Origin: Dehalococcoidia bacterium
GTDB taxonomy: Bacteria > Chloroflexota > Dehalococcoidia > UBA2979
Reading direction: 5' to 3'
Length of the DNA stretch: 64,000 bases
Assembly: GCA_965262725.1 (NCBI GenBank)
Contig: OZ253555.1
Location: 3,552,001-3,616,000 of the forward strand
Part shown: piece after piece, positions 50,059 to 59,840 of the stretch
Position numbering within the stretch: the stretch's first letter is position 1
How the letters are laid out: each line of letters begins with the position of its first letter
Position numbers and translations under genes: made by a program
Notes under the pieces: generated by a model
What the model was told of the DNA's origin: nothing
Database searches by the model: none
What the model saw: the letters and a program-made list of their open reading frames with translations, nothing else

Positions 50059-50526
50059 CTATTGCGGGAGGCGGACGGCCCCCCCGGAGGCATCCCGCCC
50101 CGAGTCCGGACCGGGGCCCTCCAGCGCCACCGCCGGCGAGGATGAGCCGCTGCGCGAGGCGGCGTGGACGGCGGCCGCCTGATCCGCCGCCTCCTGCTTG
50201 GTGCGAACGTCGTTGTAGCAGCCGGAGCAGTAGACCGGCCTGTCCCCGCGCGGGACGAACGGCACCTCCGTCAGCTGACCGCACTGCGCGCAGCTCGCGA
50301 CGTGGAGCTGCCGCGGGGTGCGGCCGCCCCAGGAGGCGAAGACGCCGTAGTTCGGCGACTCGTCCCGATCCTCCGGGCGCATCATTTTTCGGGTCGCCCG
50401 GCACGAGGGGCACCTCACCGGGTCGTGCTGAAGCCCCTTGCTCGCGTAGAACTCCTGCTCTCCGGCCGTGAAGACGAAACCACCGCCGCAATCGCGGCAG
50501 GTCAACTCGCGGTCCTGAAACGCCAT
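50059..50526 (-). CDS. Zinc-ribbon / CxxC-x17-CxxC protein
   Basis: MAFQDRELTCRDCG..F.FTAGEQEFY..P.RCPSCR; CAQCG..VPF.P..DRPVYCSGC. Confidence 0.9.
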   Translation of the reverse strand: MAFQDRELTCRDCGGGFVFTAGEQEFYASKGLQHDPVRCPSCRATRKMMRPEDRDESPNYGVFASWGGRTPRQLHVASCAQCGQLTEVPFVPRGDRPVYCSGCYNDVRTKQEAADQAAAVHAASRSGSSSPAVALEGPGPDSGRDASGGAVRLPQ

Positions 50527-50683
50527 GCTCGCTCCTCGTCCGGCGGGCCCGGCCCGCCCAGCCCCCCATCCGAAGCACGCCACCCGCTCTGGGGAAGGGC
50601 CGCCGAGCGTGGGGCTGGCTGGACGCCGCCGCGCGCCGTGGCCACCGACAGTGTATCAGCGCCCCCCGGCGGAGCGGCGATCT

Positions 50684-52408
50684 CTAGCGGCCGAGCCGAG
50701 CCAGCAGGCGCGTCGCCTCCTCGCTGCGCACGAGCAGCGCGACCGCCACGTAGGAGAGCAGCCCCGCGAGGCCGGCGAGCACGAGCACCACCGCGGCGCC
50801 CTCGGCCGTCTCCGCGTCCGCCCCGGCCACCGCCAGCAGCAGCCGCATCAGCACGACCACCTCGACCATCACGATGGTGGCCGCGACGGTGCGCCAGACG
50901 GAGCCGACGAGGGAGCCCGGCCACCGCCGCGCCGCCGGGCTCAGGCCGCCGAGTCGCTGGGAGAGCAGCCGCACGAGCAGCGCGAATTCCAGGATCGCCG
51001 CTATCGACGCGGCGGCGGCGAGCCCTCGCACGCCGAAGGGCCCTACCAGGGCCCAGCACAGGGCCGCGTTGAGGACCGTGGCCAGGACGGTGACCTTCAC
51101 CGGCGTGCGCGTGTCGGAGAGTGCGTAGAACCCCCTGCTCACTATCTCTATGCCCGCATGGGCGAAGACCGCGACGGCGTACACGGCGACAATGCTCGCC
51201 ACGAGCTCGCTCGAGGCCCGATCGAAGGCGCCGCGCTGGAGCAGGACGCGGACGATCGGATCAGCCAGCACCAGCAATCCGGCCGACGCCGGCACAGCGA
51301 GGAAGAGAATCGTGCCGAGGGCCCGCCCGAGCGAGACGGCGAGCGTCCCCATCTGCCGCGCCGCCGCCTGCTGCGCCAGCAGCGGGAACGCCGCCGTCGA
51401 GATGGCCATGCCCGCGACCGCCACCGGCATCATCATCAGCAGGAAGGCGTAGGAGACGGCGTTGATTGCCTCGTCGGAGACGAAGGAGGCGAAGAAGATG
51501 ACGATCACGAGGTTCAGCTGCGACGCGCCGAGACCGATCACGCGCGGACCCGCGAGCCTGAGCACTTCGCGCACGGGCCCGGAGGCGAGATCGAACACGG
51601 GCCGCCAGCGCATCCCCACCGCGGCGAGCGCCGGCAGCTGCACCAGCAGGTGGAGCCCCGACCCCACGACGACCCCGACGGCGAGGCCCCGGACGCCCAT
51701 CGGCCCGGCCAGAAACAGTGCACCCATGATGATGGAGGCGTTGTAGAAAAGCGGCGCGAGCGCCGGCGCGACGAAGTGCTGCCGGGCGTTGAGAATGCCG
51801 GTCAGCATTCCGGAAATGCCGAAGAAGATGGGCGAGAGCAGCATGATCCGCGTGAGCTCAACGGCGAGGGATTCAATCTCTGCCTCGCGACCGCCGCCCT
51901 CGCCGAGCCCCGGAGCGATCAGCGGCACGATCCACGGCGCCAGCACGAAGGCGCCGACCGCGACCACCAGGGTCACGAGGCTGATCAGGTTGAGCACGCC
52001 GGAGGCGAGCTCCCACCCGGCGTCGGCGCTCTCCCGGAGGCGCACCCGTGAGAAGACGGGGATGAACGCCGCGGAGAGGGTCGCGCCGGCGAGCAGCTGG
52101 AAGACGAGGTCGGGGATGCGGAAGGCGACCCAGTAGGCGGCGAGCTCGGGTTCGGTGCCGAAGGCGTCGGCGATCACCACCGATCGCAACAGCCCCAGGA
52201 GCCGCGAGAGGAGGAAGCCCGCCGCGACGACGCCGGCCGCCCAAGCCACGCCCTGCTCCACCACGCCGCGGGCGAGGAACCGCCGCAGCCGTGACACGGA
52301 TGCCTCGCTCGGCTCCGCGCCGGCGAGCGGCCCCTCCCGGGAGTCCCGGCGCGGCCGCGCGACGCTCGCATCGTCGGAAGCGGCGCCGTCGGGCGGAGGT
52401 TCACGCAT
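50684..52408 (-). CDS. murJ: Lipid II flippase
   Basis: SRLLGLLR, AFRIPD, LSAAFIPVF, RGFYALSDTRTP; multi-TM; start uncertain. Confidence 0.93.
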   Translation of the reverse strand: MREPPPDGAASDDASVARPRRDSREGPLAGAEPSEASVSRLRRFLARGVVEQGVAWAAGVVAAGFLLSRLLGLLRSVVIADAFGTEPELAAYWVAFRIPDLVFQLLAGATLSAAFIPVFSRVRLRESADAGWELASGVLNLISLVTLVVAVGAFVLAPWIVPLIAPGLGEGGGREAEIESLAVELTRIMLLSPIFFGISGMLTGILNARQHFVAPALAPLFYNASIIMGALFLAGPMGVRGLAVGVVVGSGLHLLVQLPALAAVGMRWRPVFDLASGPVREVLRLAGPRVIGLGASQLNLVIVIFFASFVSDEAINAVSYAFLLMMMPVAVAGMAISTAAFPLLAQQAAARQMGTLAVSLGRALGTILFLAVPASAGLLVLADPIVRVLLQRGAFDRASSELVASIVAVYAVAVFAHAGIEIVSRGFYALSDTRTPVKVTVLATVLNAALCWALVGPFGVRGLAAAASIAAILEFALLVRLLSQRLGGLSPAARRWPGSLVGSVWRTVAATIVMVEVVVLMRLLLAVAGADAETAEGAAVVLVLAGLAGLLSYVAVALLVRSEEATRLLARLGR

Positions 52409-52519
52409 CCGCTCGATCCTGAGCGTGAGCCGCGCGGGAGGCAAGGATGGACGGCGCCGCGCCGCGCCGCTACGATCGCTCCGGCGCCGACGCGGGCGCC
52501 CACGAATCGCGGAGACGAG

Positions 52520-52789
52520 ATGGCGAATTCGGCCCAGGCCCTCAAGCGCGTGCGCCAGAATGCACGCCGCGCGGCGCGGCTCCGGCCGTACCGCACCCGT
52601 GCGTCGCGGGCCGTGCGGGACGCGCGGGAGGCGATCGCCGGCGGCGCGCCCGAGGCGGCCGAACTCGTCAGGGCCGCTCAGTCCGCACTCGATCGAGCGG
52701 CGCGGCGCCACATTCTCCACCCCAACGCCGCCGCGCGGCGCAAGTCTCGCCTCGCCGGGCAGCTCCGACGCAGCACGACCGCCGACTAG
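52520..52789 (+). CDS. rpsT: 30S ribosomal protein S20
   Basis: MANSAQALKRVRQN, LDRAA..ILHPNAAARRKSRL. Confidence 0.96.
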   Translation: MANSAQALKRVRQNARRAARLRPYRTRASRAVRDAREAIAGGAPEAAELVRAAQSALDRAARRHILHPNAAARRKSRLAGQLRRSTTAD

Positions 52790-52869
52790 CCCGCCGGCCC
52801 CCGTCGAGGCCGCAGCACTCGACTCGCGCGCGCGACGGCCGGGGCAGCGCTAGGGGGCGGGAGCGAGCC

Positions 52870-53916
52870 ATGCGGGCGACGATCTTCCACCGACCCGGCG
52901 AGGTCACCGTCGAGGAGCGGGCAGCGCCCGAGCCGGGTCCCGGCGAGCTCAGACTGACGATCGCCGCGGCGGCGCTGTGCGCCTCGGACGTCCGCGTCTA
53001 CCGGGGGGAGAAATACGCCGCCCCCGGCGTCGTCCCGGGTCACGAACTCGCCGGCGTCGTCGACGCCCTCGGAGAGGGCGTGGAGGGGTACGCACTCGGC
53101 GATCGCGTCGTGGTCTGCCCGATCCTCGCCTGCGGCCGGTGCCGCTTCTGCGCCCGGGGCCGGCGAAACCGGTGCATCGCGCGGCGGACGCTCGGCTACG
53201 ACCTGGACGGCGGCTTCGCGGAGCAGATGACGGTCCCCGCGGAGCTCGTCGCCCTCGGCCACGTGCTGAGGGTGCCGCCGGCCCTGCCGCTCTCCATAGC
53301 GGCGATCACCGAACCCGTCGCCTGCACCCTCAACTCCCTCGATCTGCTCGACGTGCGGCCGGGCACCTCGATCGCGATCCTCGGCGCCGGGCCGATGGGC
53401 CTTCTCCACGTGCTGCTCGCGCGCGCCGCCGGCTCAGCCCCGATCATCGTCTCCGAGCCGGTCTCGGAGCGCCGCGAGGTCGCCAGGCGCTGGGGCGCCG
53501 ACATCGTGTTGGATCCGACGACGGACGACCTCGAGGCATCAGTCCGCGACGCGACCGACGGCTACGGCGTCGACGCGGTGGCCGTCTCCGTCGGCGTGGC
53601 CGAGCTCGCGAACCAGGCACTCTCGCTGGTCGCGAGGCAGGGAACCGTCAACCTCTTCGCGGGATTCCCCCCGGGCTCGACGATCCCCCTCGACGTGAAC
53701 GCGCTTCACTACGCCGAAATCGTGCTCTCCGGCTCGCAGAACGCCACCACCGATCAGTACCGTCGGTCGGTGGCGCTGCTCGGATCGCTGCCGCACGTCG
53801 ACGAGCTGCTCACCCATCGCTACGGCATCGAGCAGGCGCCCCGGGCCTACGAGTCCCGTCTCTCTCTCTCCGGCCTGAAATCGCTCGTCGAGTTTCCGGG
53901 GGTCGACGGCCGCTGA
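52870..53916 (+). CDS. Zn-dependent MDR alcohol/polyol dehydrogenase
   Basis: LCASD, GHE, CGRCRFC...C, GAGPMG. Confidence 0.92.
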   Translation: MRATIFHRPGEVTVEERAAPEPGPGELRLTIAAAALCASDVRVYRGEKYAAPGVVPGHELAGVVDALGEGVEGYALGDRVVVCPILACGRCRFCARGRRNRCIARRTLGYDLDGGFAEQMTVPAELVALGHVLRVPPALPLSIAAITEPVACTLNSLDLLDVRPGTSIAILGAGPMGLLHVLLARAAGSAPIIVSEPVSERREVARRWGADIVLDPTTDDLEASVRDATDGYGVDAVAVSVGVAELANQALSLVARQGTVNLFAGFPPGSTIPLDVNALHYAEIVLSGSQNATTDQYRRSVALLGSLPHVDELLTHRYGIEQAPRAYESRLSLSGLKSLVEFPGVDGR

Positions 53917-54686
53917 TGACGACGAGGCGGCCCGGCGCGGGCGAGGACGACCCGGGATTTCCCGGTCAGGCGGACGCGAGCGAGCCCGACTCCGGAGACC
54001 CCGGCATCGGCGAGATGCTCCGGCGGCGACGCACCGAGCGCAGCGTCACGCTAAGCGACGCGGAGCGCGACACGCGGATCAACCGCAGCTACCTCCAGGC
54101 CCTGGAGGGCGAGCGGTGGGACGCGCTTCCGGCGCCCATCTACACCCGCGGGTTCCTGCGCTCCTACGCCCGGCACCTCGCGCTCGACCCCGAGGAGATG
54201 ATCGCGATGCTGCCTGCGGAGCTCCCGCGCCCGCGGGGGCTCGAGCCGCTCCCCGGACTGCTGCGCGCTAGGTCGTCGGTCGGGCTCGATTTCCCCCGCA
54301 CGCTCGTCGTGACGGCCGTCGCCATCGTCGTCATGATCGTGGTCGCTGCGGCCGTGCTGCAGTTCCGGGCCGCGTCCGACCGCGAGACCACGGGCTCCAC
54401 GGAGCAGCCCCAGGCGACGGCCGGCGGGGACGCGAGCGCGGTGGCGACGCCCGATGTCGCCGCGACCGTCCCGCCCGCCGAGCCAGGCACAACGCCTGAC
54501 TTCACGGGCGTCACCATCGAGACGGCCCGCGAGACCCTGAGCGAGCTCGACCTCCTCGTCAACGTGCTCGAGATAGAGACCGACGACGCGCCCGTCGGCC
54601 GGGTCTTCCACCAATCGCCCGCTCCGGGCGAGCCGCTTCAGACCGGCAACACGGTCCTGCTCGTCGTCTCCGCCGGCCCCCCGTAG
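53916..54686 (+). CDS. RodZ-like HTH / TM / PASTA protein
   Basis: GEMLRRRR..TRI..YLQALE..LPAPIYTRGFLRSYA (RodZ HTH), TM, PDFTG...GRVFHQSPAPG...V.LVVS (PASTA). Confidence 0.82.
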   Translation: MTTRRPGAGEDDPGFPGQADASEPDSGDPGIGEMLRRRRTERSVTLSDAERDTRINRSYLQALEGERWDALPAPIYTRGFLRSYARHLALDPEEMIAMLPAELPRPRGLEPLPGLLRARSSVGLDFPRTLVVTAVAIVVMIVVAAAVLQFRAASDRETTGSTEQPQATAGGDASAVATPDVAATVPPAEPGTTPDFTGVTIETARETLSELDLLVNVLEIETDDAPVGRVFHQSPAPGEPLQTGNTVLLVVSAGPP

Positions 54687-54758
54687 GGCCGCGCCGAGCG
54701 CCGGCCTGCGCCCGCGGCGTGGTTGACGGGGGCGCCTGAGACCCCGAGCCTTGCCCGA

Positions 54759-56192
54759 ATGCGCTACCACGTCGTGACCCTCGGCTGCGCCAAGAACACG
54801 GTCGACTCGATGCGCCTCGACCAGGCGCTTCGGCACCGACGGCACCGCGCCGTCGCCGACCCCGACGACGCGGAGTTGCTGCTGGTCAACACCTGCGGCT
54901 TCATCGACGCCGCGAAGGACGAATCGCTCTCCGTCATCCGCGAGCTGGACGAGGCGCGCTCGGGCGGGCAGCGCCTCTTCGTGATCGGATGCATGACCGA
55001 GATCGCGGAGGAGGAGGTCCGTCGGGCTGTGCCCGGCGTGGACGCCACTTTCGGGGCCGAGGCCTGGGACCGCATCGCCTCCGAGGTGGGGCCCGCCGAC
55101 CCGCGTTACGACATTCCCGACCCCCAGCCGCTCATCGCACCCGGCACGCCCTCCGCCTACCTGAAGATCTCCGACGGCTGCGACCGGCCGTGCACCTTCT
55201 GCATCATCCCCACCATCAAGGGCGCCATGCACTCCGCATCTCGTGACCGCCTGCTCGCAGAGGCGCGGGCATACGCTCAGGCCGGCGTCTCCGAACTGGT
55301 GCTCGTCGCGCAGGACTCGACGGCCTACGCCGAGGATCTCGGCGAGCGCGACGGCCTCGCCGCGCTCCTTCAGGAGATCTCCGCGGCCGTGCCGGAGGTG
55401 CCGTGGATACGGCTGATGTACGCCTACCCCGGCCGCGTGACGCCGCGGCTCGCGAAGACGATGGCTGAGCTTCCGAACGTGGTGCCGTACCTGGACATCC
55501 CCCTGCAGCACGGCTCGGACGCCGTGCTTCGGCGCATGAAGCGGCCGAGCCTGCGCGTGGCGCGGCGCAGCCTGGAGGCGATCCGCGCCGAGATGCCGGA
55601 GGCGGCCATTCGCACGACCTTCATCGTCGGCTTTCCCGGGGAGAGCGACTCAGAGTTCGAGGAGCTCCTCGACTTCGTCGAGGAGCAGCGCTTCGACCAC
55701 GTGGGAGCCTTCCCCTACTCGCCGCAGGCGGGCACGCCGGCCGCGGAATCCGCCGCCGAGCTCGGCGGGATCCCCGGCGCCGAGCTGACGCAGCAGCGGT
55801 ACGGCCGGTTGATGGAGCTCGCGCAGGAGATCTCGCTTCAGCACAACCGCGCCCTCATCGGGCGCGAGCTCGACGTGCTCGTCGAGTCGGCCCGCCCGGT
55901 GGAGTCCGAGGGGGCGGGCGGCCCCGTCGTGGTCGGCCGGACCTCCCGCGACGCGCCCGAGGTCGACGGGCTCGCGCTGCTCAAGGGCGAGTTCCCGGCG
56001 GGTGAGCTCGTCCGGGCGCGCGTGGACGGCGCGCTTCCCTACGACCTGTTGCTCTCGCCCGTGGACGCGCCCGTCGACGCAGCCGTCGACGCGGAGCCGC
56101 CTGGCCCCCGGGCGGCGCGGGAGCCGCTCCGGACGCGCCGGGGGCGGAGCGCACAGGGCACCGACCGGCGAGGGGCTCGCCGCAGGCGGTGA
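54759..56192 (+). CDS. rimO: Ribosomal protein S12 methylthiotransferase
   Basis: LGCAKN, NTCGFIDAAK, AYLKISDGCDRPCTFC, YLDIPLQH, DAPEVDG TRAM domain. Confidence 0.94.
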   Translation: MRYHVVTLGCAKNTVDSMRLDQALRHRRHRAVADPDDAELLLVNTCGFIDAAKDESLSVIRELDEARSGGQRLFVIGCMTEIAEEEVRRAVPGVDATFGAEAWDRIASEVGPADPRYDIPDPQPLIAPGTPSAYLKISDGCDRPCTFCIIPTIKGAMHSASRDRLLAEARAYAQAGVSELVLVAQDSTAYAEDLGERDGLAALLQEISAAVPEVPWIRLMYAYPGRVTPRLAKTMAELPNVVPYLDIPLQHGSDAVLRRMKRPSLRVARRSLEAIRAEMPEAAIRTTFIVGFPGESDSEFEELLDFVEEQRFDHVGAFPYSPQAGTPAAESAAELGGIPGAELTQQRYGRLMELAQEISLQHNRALIGRELDVLVESARPVESEGAGGPVVVGRTSRDAPEVDGLALLKGEFPAGELVRARVDGALPYDLLLSPVDAPVDAAVDAEPPGPRAAREPLRTRRGRSAQGTDRRGARRRR

Positions 56193-56211
56193 CGGAGCCA
56201 GCCGGCCCCCG

Positions 56212-57441
56212 CTAGCCGCGCGGCAGGCCGAGCCCCCTGGTCGCGATCACGTTCCGCTGGATCTCCGAGGAGCCGGCGGCGATGGTAGCCGGGATCGAGC
56301 CGACATAGCCCACCGTGAAGCGCGCCTTCATCGGGGCGAGCGGGTGCGTCCCGTCCCAGATTGAGGAGTAGAGCCCGAACACCTTGGTCGCGGTGCGCTG
56401 CAGCGTCTGGCCGAGCTCGGAGCCGAACATCTTGTTCACCGAGGCCTCGTAGTTGGGCACGGAGCCGGTGGCCTGGATCGAGGCGATGCGCAGCGAGAAG
56501 TTGAACTGCACCGCCGTCTGGATGAAGTGGTGCGCCAGCTCCTGTCTCAGCGCGTCGAGGCGATCGAGCCGGGCGAAGCGGCGTCCCTCGCCGCGGGCGT
56601 AGTCGAGCAGGGCCCGGATCGTCTTGCGGTTCACCACCGCTCCCGAGACGTTCGAGCGCTCGAAGTCGAGCAGGGTGGTCGCGACGTACCAGCCCCTGTT
56701 CTCCTCGCCGACGCGGTTGGTGACCGGGATGCGCACGTCCTCGAAGAAGACCTCGTTGACGTAGTGGCGGCCCGTGGCGTCCACGATCGGACGCACCTCG
56801 ATGCCCGGCGTGTGGAGATCGACCATCAGGAAGGTGATACCGCGGTGCTTGGGCGCCTCCGGGTCGGTGCGCACCAGAAGCGACGCCCAGTCGGCGTCGT
56901 GGCCGCCGGAGGTCCAGATCTTCTGGCCGTTGACGACGTACTCGTCGCCGTCGCGGACCGCGCGCGTCGAGAGTGAGGCGAGGTCGGATCCGGCGCCGGG
57001 CTCGGAGAAGCACTGGGCCCAGCCACCGTCCCCGGCCAGCATCTTGGGGAGGTGCTCCCGCCTCTGCTCCTCCGTCCCGTGGATGACGAGCGTCGATCCC
57101 ATCAACCGGATCCCGATCGGATCGATCACCGGGGCCGCCGCCTCGGCGACCTCCTCGGCGAAGATGAACTGCTCCATGACCGAGAGGTCGGCCCCGCCGT
57201 AGCGGGCGGGCCAGTGGGGGGCCGTCCAGCCGCGCCGTCCCACGGCGTGTCCCCAGTCCTCCGCGGTGCGCCGGACCTCCCGATCGTGGGACTTGCGGTC
57301 GTGGCGCCAGTCCCCGGTGGGAGGCGGGTCGTGCGGTCCTCGCGTGTCCAGGTTCTGGTAGCCGGGGGGCAACTCCTCCGTGAGGAAGGAGCGCACCTGC
57401 GCCCGGAATGCGGCCTGCTCTGTGGTGTCGGACCACTCCAT
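56212..57441 (-). CDS. Acyl-CoA dehydrogenase family protein
   Basis: FSEPGAGSDLA, NGQKIWTS, NEVFFEDV, GSSEIQRN; GGAGG RBS. Confidence 0.94.
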   Translation of the reverse strand: MEWSDTTEQAAFRAQVRSFLTEELPPGYQNLDTRGPHDPPPTGDWRHDRKSHDREVRRTAEDWGHAVGRRGWTAPHWPARYGGADLSVMEQFIFAEEVAEAAAPVIDPIGIRLMGSTLVIHGTEEQRREHLPKMLAGDGGWAQCFSEPGAGSDLASLSTRAVRDGDEYVVNGQKIWTSGGHDADWASLLVRTDPEAPKHRGITFLMVDLHTPGIEVRPIVDATGRHYVNEVFFEDVRIPVTNRVGEENRGWYVATTLLDFERSNVSGAVVNRKTIRALLDYARGEGRRFARLDRLDALRQELAHHFIQTAVQFNFSLRIASIQATGSVPNYEASVNKMFGSELGQTLQRTATKVFGLYSSIWDGTHPLAPMKARFTVGYVGSIPATIAAGSSEIQRNVIATRGLGLPRG

Positions 57442-57765
57442 CGCGACCACCTCCTCCCGGGGCACACGTCGCGGAGCCGCCCCGCGGGCCAGCATAGCCT
57501 CGCGGGGCGAGCGCTGTGATCCGGGAGGCCGTCGCCCTGGGAGAGCAGCGCCCCCGGCCGCAGCCGACGGCGGCCGCCCTGTCAACCGGTGGCAGGGAGG
57601 AAACTCCCCTGGCGGTGGCGTTCGCGCTGGCCGCTCGGCGCACCGCCTGGACGACTCACTGCTTCTTCGCTGACTCAGTCAGCACACGCGTCGTGAGCGC
57701 CCCTCCGTGGATGCGCCGCTTCGCGTGGTGTCCGTTCGGCCACGGGGCGCTTCCCGTCCTCTGAA

Positions 57766-58143
57766 CTAGCGAGTTTCGGCGGGTGCCGACGGATAGTCTT
57801 CAGACCTGCCACTGTCGCCCGCCTGAATCACGAAGTCGCGCCGGTCGCGGTAGAGCGCGGCACGATTGATGACGTAGTCCACCTCGTCGCGGTCCGGATC
57901 GATTTTCCGATAGGCGGTCATCAGCCAGTACTTGTGCTCACCGACGAACAGGTACGTGTTGAGCATCGAGAAGAAGCGGCACCCGACGCCTTCGCCGGCC
58001 CGGAATCGGTCGCAGATAGCCGCGAGCAGCTCTCGCTGCTCGTCCGTGCGGCTGAGCACGTATTCGTGTGGCCACGTATCCCGATACGTGCTCGCTTCTC
58101 GCCAGGGAGCCTGCGCAATCAAGGCCGCCAGCGTCGTGATCAT
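57766..58143 (-). CDS. Hypothetical protein (PHEY motif), lower GC than neighbours
   Basis: APWREASTYRDTWPHEYV...KYWLM...INRA; GGGAGAG RBS. Confidence 0.7.
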   Translation of the reverse strand: MITTLAALIAQAPWREASTYRDTWPHEYVLSRTDEQRELLAAICDRFRAGEGVGCRFFSMLNTYLFVGEHKYWLMTAYRKIDPDRDEVDYVINRAALYRDRRDFVIQAGDSGRSEDYPSAPAETR

Positions 58144-58276
58144 CGGCTACTCTCCCTCACGTCGGACGGTTGAACCCGCCACGCTCGAGACTCGCGTCGA
58201 TGGTTCACCGTGAGCTGAGCGTGGCCCACTCGACGTTCCCTGCTATCCCTCTCAGTGACACGCTCGGCCTGGCGCC

Positions 58277-58975
58277 CTAGGAGAGCGGGCCCTCGTTCGC
58301 CCCGCCGTCGGCCGAGGCCTCCGCAACGAGGGCGTGCTCTTCGGCATCCGCCGCCGGATCGGGATCGGGGTCGTCGGAGAGCGGCTGGAGTTGCCGGAGA
58401 CTCTCCATCCCGAAGTGCTCCAGGAAGCGCTGCGTGACGCCGAAGAGCGCGGGCCGCCCCGGACCCGGCGCCCGCCCCACCTCCACGATCAGGTCGCGGG
58501 CACGCAGCGTGCCGATCGCGGCGTCGCTCGACACGCCGCGAATGCGCTCGACCTGCCCCCGCGTGACCGGCTGCTTGTAGGCGACGATGGCGAGCGTCTC
58601 CATCGCTGCAGGCGAGAGCCGACGGCGGCTCTCCACACCGAGAAAGCTCTCCACCACGCCCGCCAGCTCGGGCGCCGTCACCAGCTGCGCTCCGTCCGGA
58701 CCCCGCTGTAGGCGAAGACCGCGGCCTGCGAGCGAGACGCCGAGCAGCTCCAGCGCCGCCCCGATCCGCCCCGGCGTCGCCTCCAGCACGCGCGCCAGCG
58801 TCCGTTCGGAGACCGGTCCGTCGGACACGAAGAGCAGCGCCTCGAGCAGCGTGGCGAGCTCGCCGTCGGAGCGCTCCTCGCGCACCGGCGCCTGCCGGGG
58901 GGCGTCCCCCGGCGGCTCCCCGAGCCCCGCCGACGGGGCGTGAGCCCGGATGTCCGCTGAGCGCGACTCACCCAC
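58277..58975 (-). CDS. scpB: SMC-Scp complex subunit ScpB
   Basis: LEALLFVS, LSPAAMETLAIVAYKQPVTR..ERIRGV, GRP..FGVT..FLEHFG. Confidence 0.94.
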   Translation of the reverse strand: MGESRSADIRAHAPSAGLGEPPGDAPRQAPVREERSDGELATLLEALLFVSDGPVSERTLARVLEATPGRIGAALELLGVSLAGRGLRLQRGPDGAQLVTAPELAGVVESFLGVESRRRLSPAAMETLAIVAYKQPVTRGQVERIRGVSSDAAIGTLRARDLIVEVGRAPGPGRPALFGVTQRFLEHFGMESLRQLQPLSDDPDPDPAADAEEHALVAEASADGGANEGPLS

Positions 58976-59729
58976 GGCGTCCCCGGTCTTCGGCCGCTCC
59001 CGCGCCCGCCGCCGGCATGGCGGCAGCGCCCGGCCCGCCGCCCCACGCGTCCCGATGCTCGCCACCAGCCTCCCGGGCTCCCCCGCTCCCTCGCTCCCAC
59101 CGGCGGTCGGCACGACCCTCGGGAGCGGGCGAGAGGCGCTGATAGAGCCGGAGCTCGCTGTAGCGAAGCTCGATCCGCGGCGGGGCCGCGAGCGGAAGGC
59201 CCAGGCGCCGCTCGACGGCGGCGACGGCCAGCTCCCGCGCCTGGGCACCGACCTGCGCGAGGAGCGCCTCCGGCCCGACCTCCACGAACACCCCCACCGC
59301 GACGCCGCGGCGATGCCGGTTCTCGATGCGCACCGATGCCGCCACCACGGCATCAATCGCGGTGATCTCCGCCCGCAGCAGAGCCGCGAGCGCGTCGACC
59401 GGGAGCCGCACGCTGCCCGGTATCTGAAGCGGCCGCCGGGGCGAGCTCAGGCTGCCCCACCGGATCACGAACGCGAGGAGCACGGCCGCCACCAGGACCG
59501 TGGTCGCGCCGGCGCGGCCGAGCCGTGTGTCGTGGTCCAGAGCGACCTCAAGCACCCGGGCGGCGGCCTCGAGCACCGGCCCGGAGGCGAGCCAGATGAG
59601 GGCGATCACGCCCGGCGCGATCGTCGCCAGAAGAAGCGGTGCGCGGTAGGCCCTCCACCATGACTCGCCGGCGAGGTCGGAGGTGGCGGGACGGCCTGAG
59701 GCACGCGGATCCACGGCCGGGCGCCCCAT
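58968..59729 (-). CDS. Membrane protein with AmaP/Asp23-like C-terminal domain
   Basis: Two TM helices, then GSVRLP..AL..V....V......VERRLG pattern; start uncertain. Confidence 0.5.
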   Translation of the reverse strand: MGRPAVDPRASGRPATSDLAGESWWRAYRAPLLLATIAPGVIALIWLASGPVLEAAARVLEVALDHDTRLGRAGATTVLVAAVLLAFVIRWGSLSSPRRPLQIPGSVRLPVDALAALLRAEITAIDAVVAASVRIENRHRRGVAVGVFVEVGPEALLAQVGAQARELAVAAVERRLGLPLAAPPRIELRYSELRLYQRLSPAPEGRADRRWERGSGGAREAGGEHRDAWGGGPGAAAMPAAGAGAAEDRGRRG

Positions 59730-59840
59730 CGCGCCAAACCAGCGAGGTGCACGGTGGTTCGAGGCCGCCATCGGCATTCCCGGGCGCACCCCGCTGGGAA
59801 GCGCCGCACTCACCACCCCGCCCCCGGTACCATGCTCCCT

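Noticed and set aside
57594-57612. GGGAGGAAACTCC resembling the RNase P RNA 5' conserved motif
   Set aside because: No downstream ACAGAA...CGGCTTA partner; better explained as a simple GAAA hairpin.
57580-57766. Integron attC site
   Set aside because: No convincing paired RYYYAAC/GTTRRRY ends and no integrase in the window.
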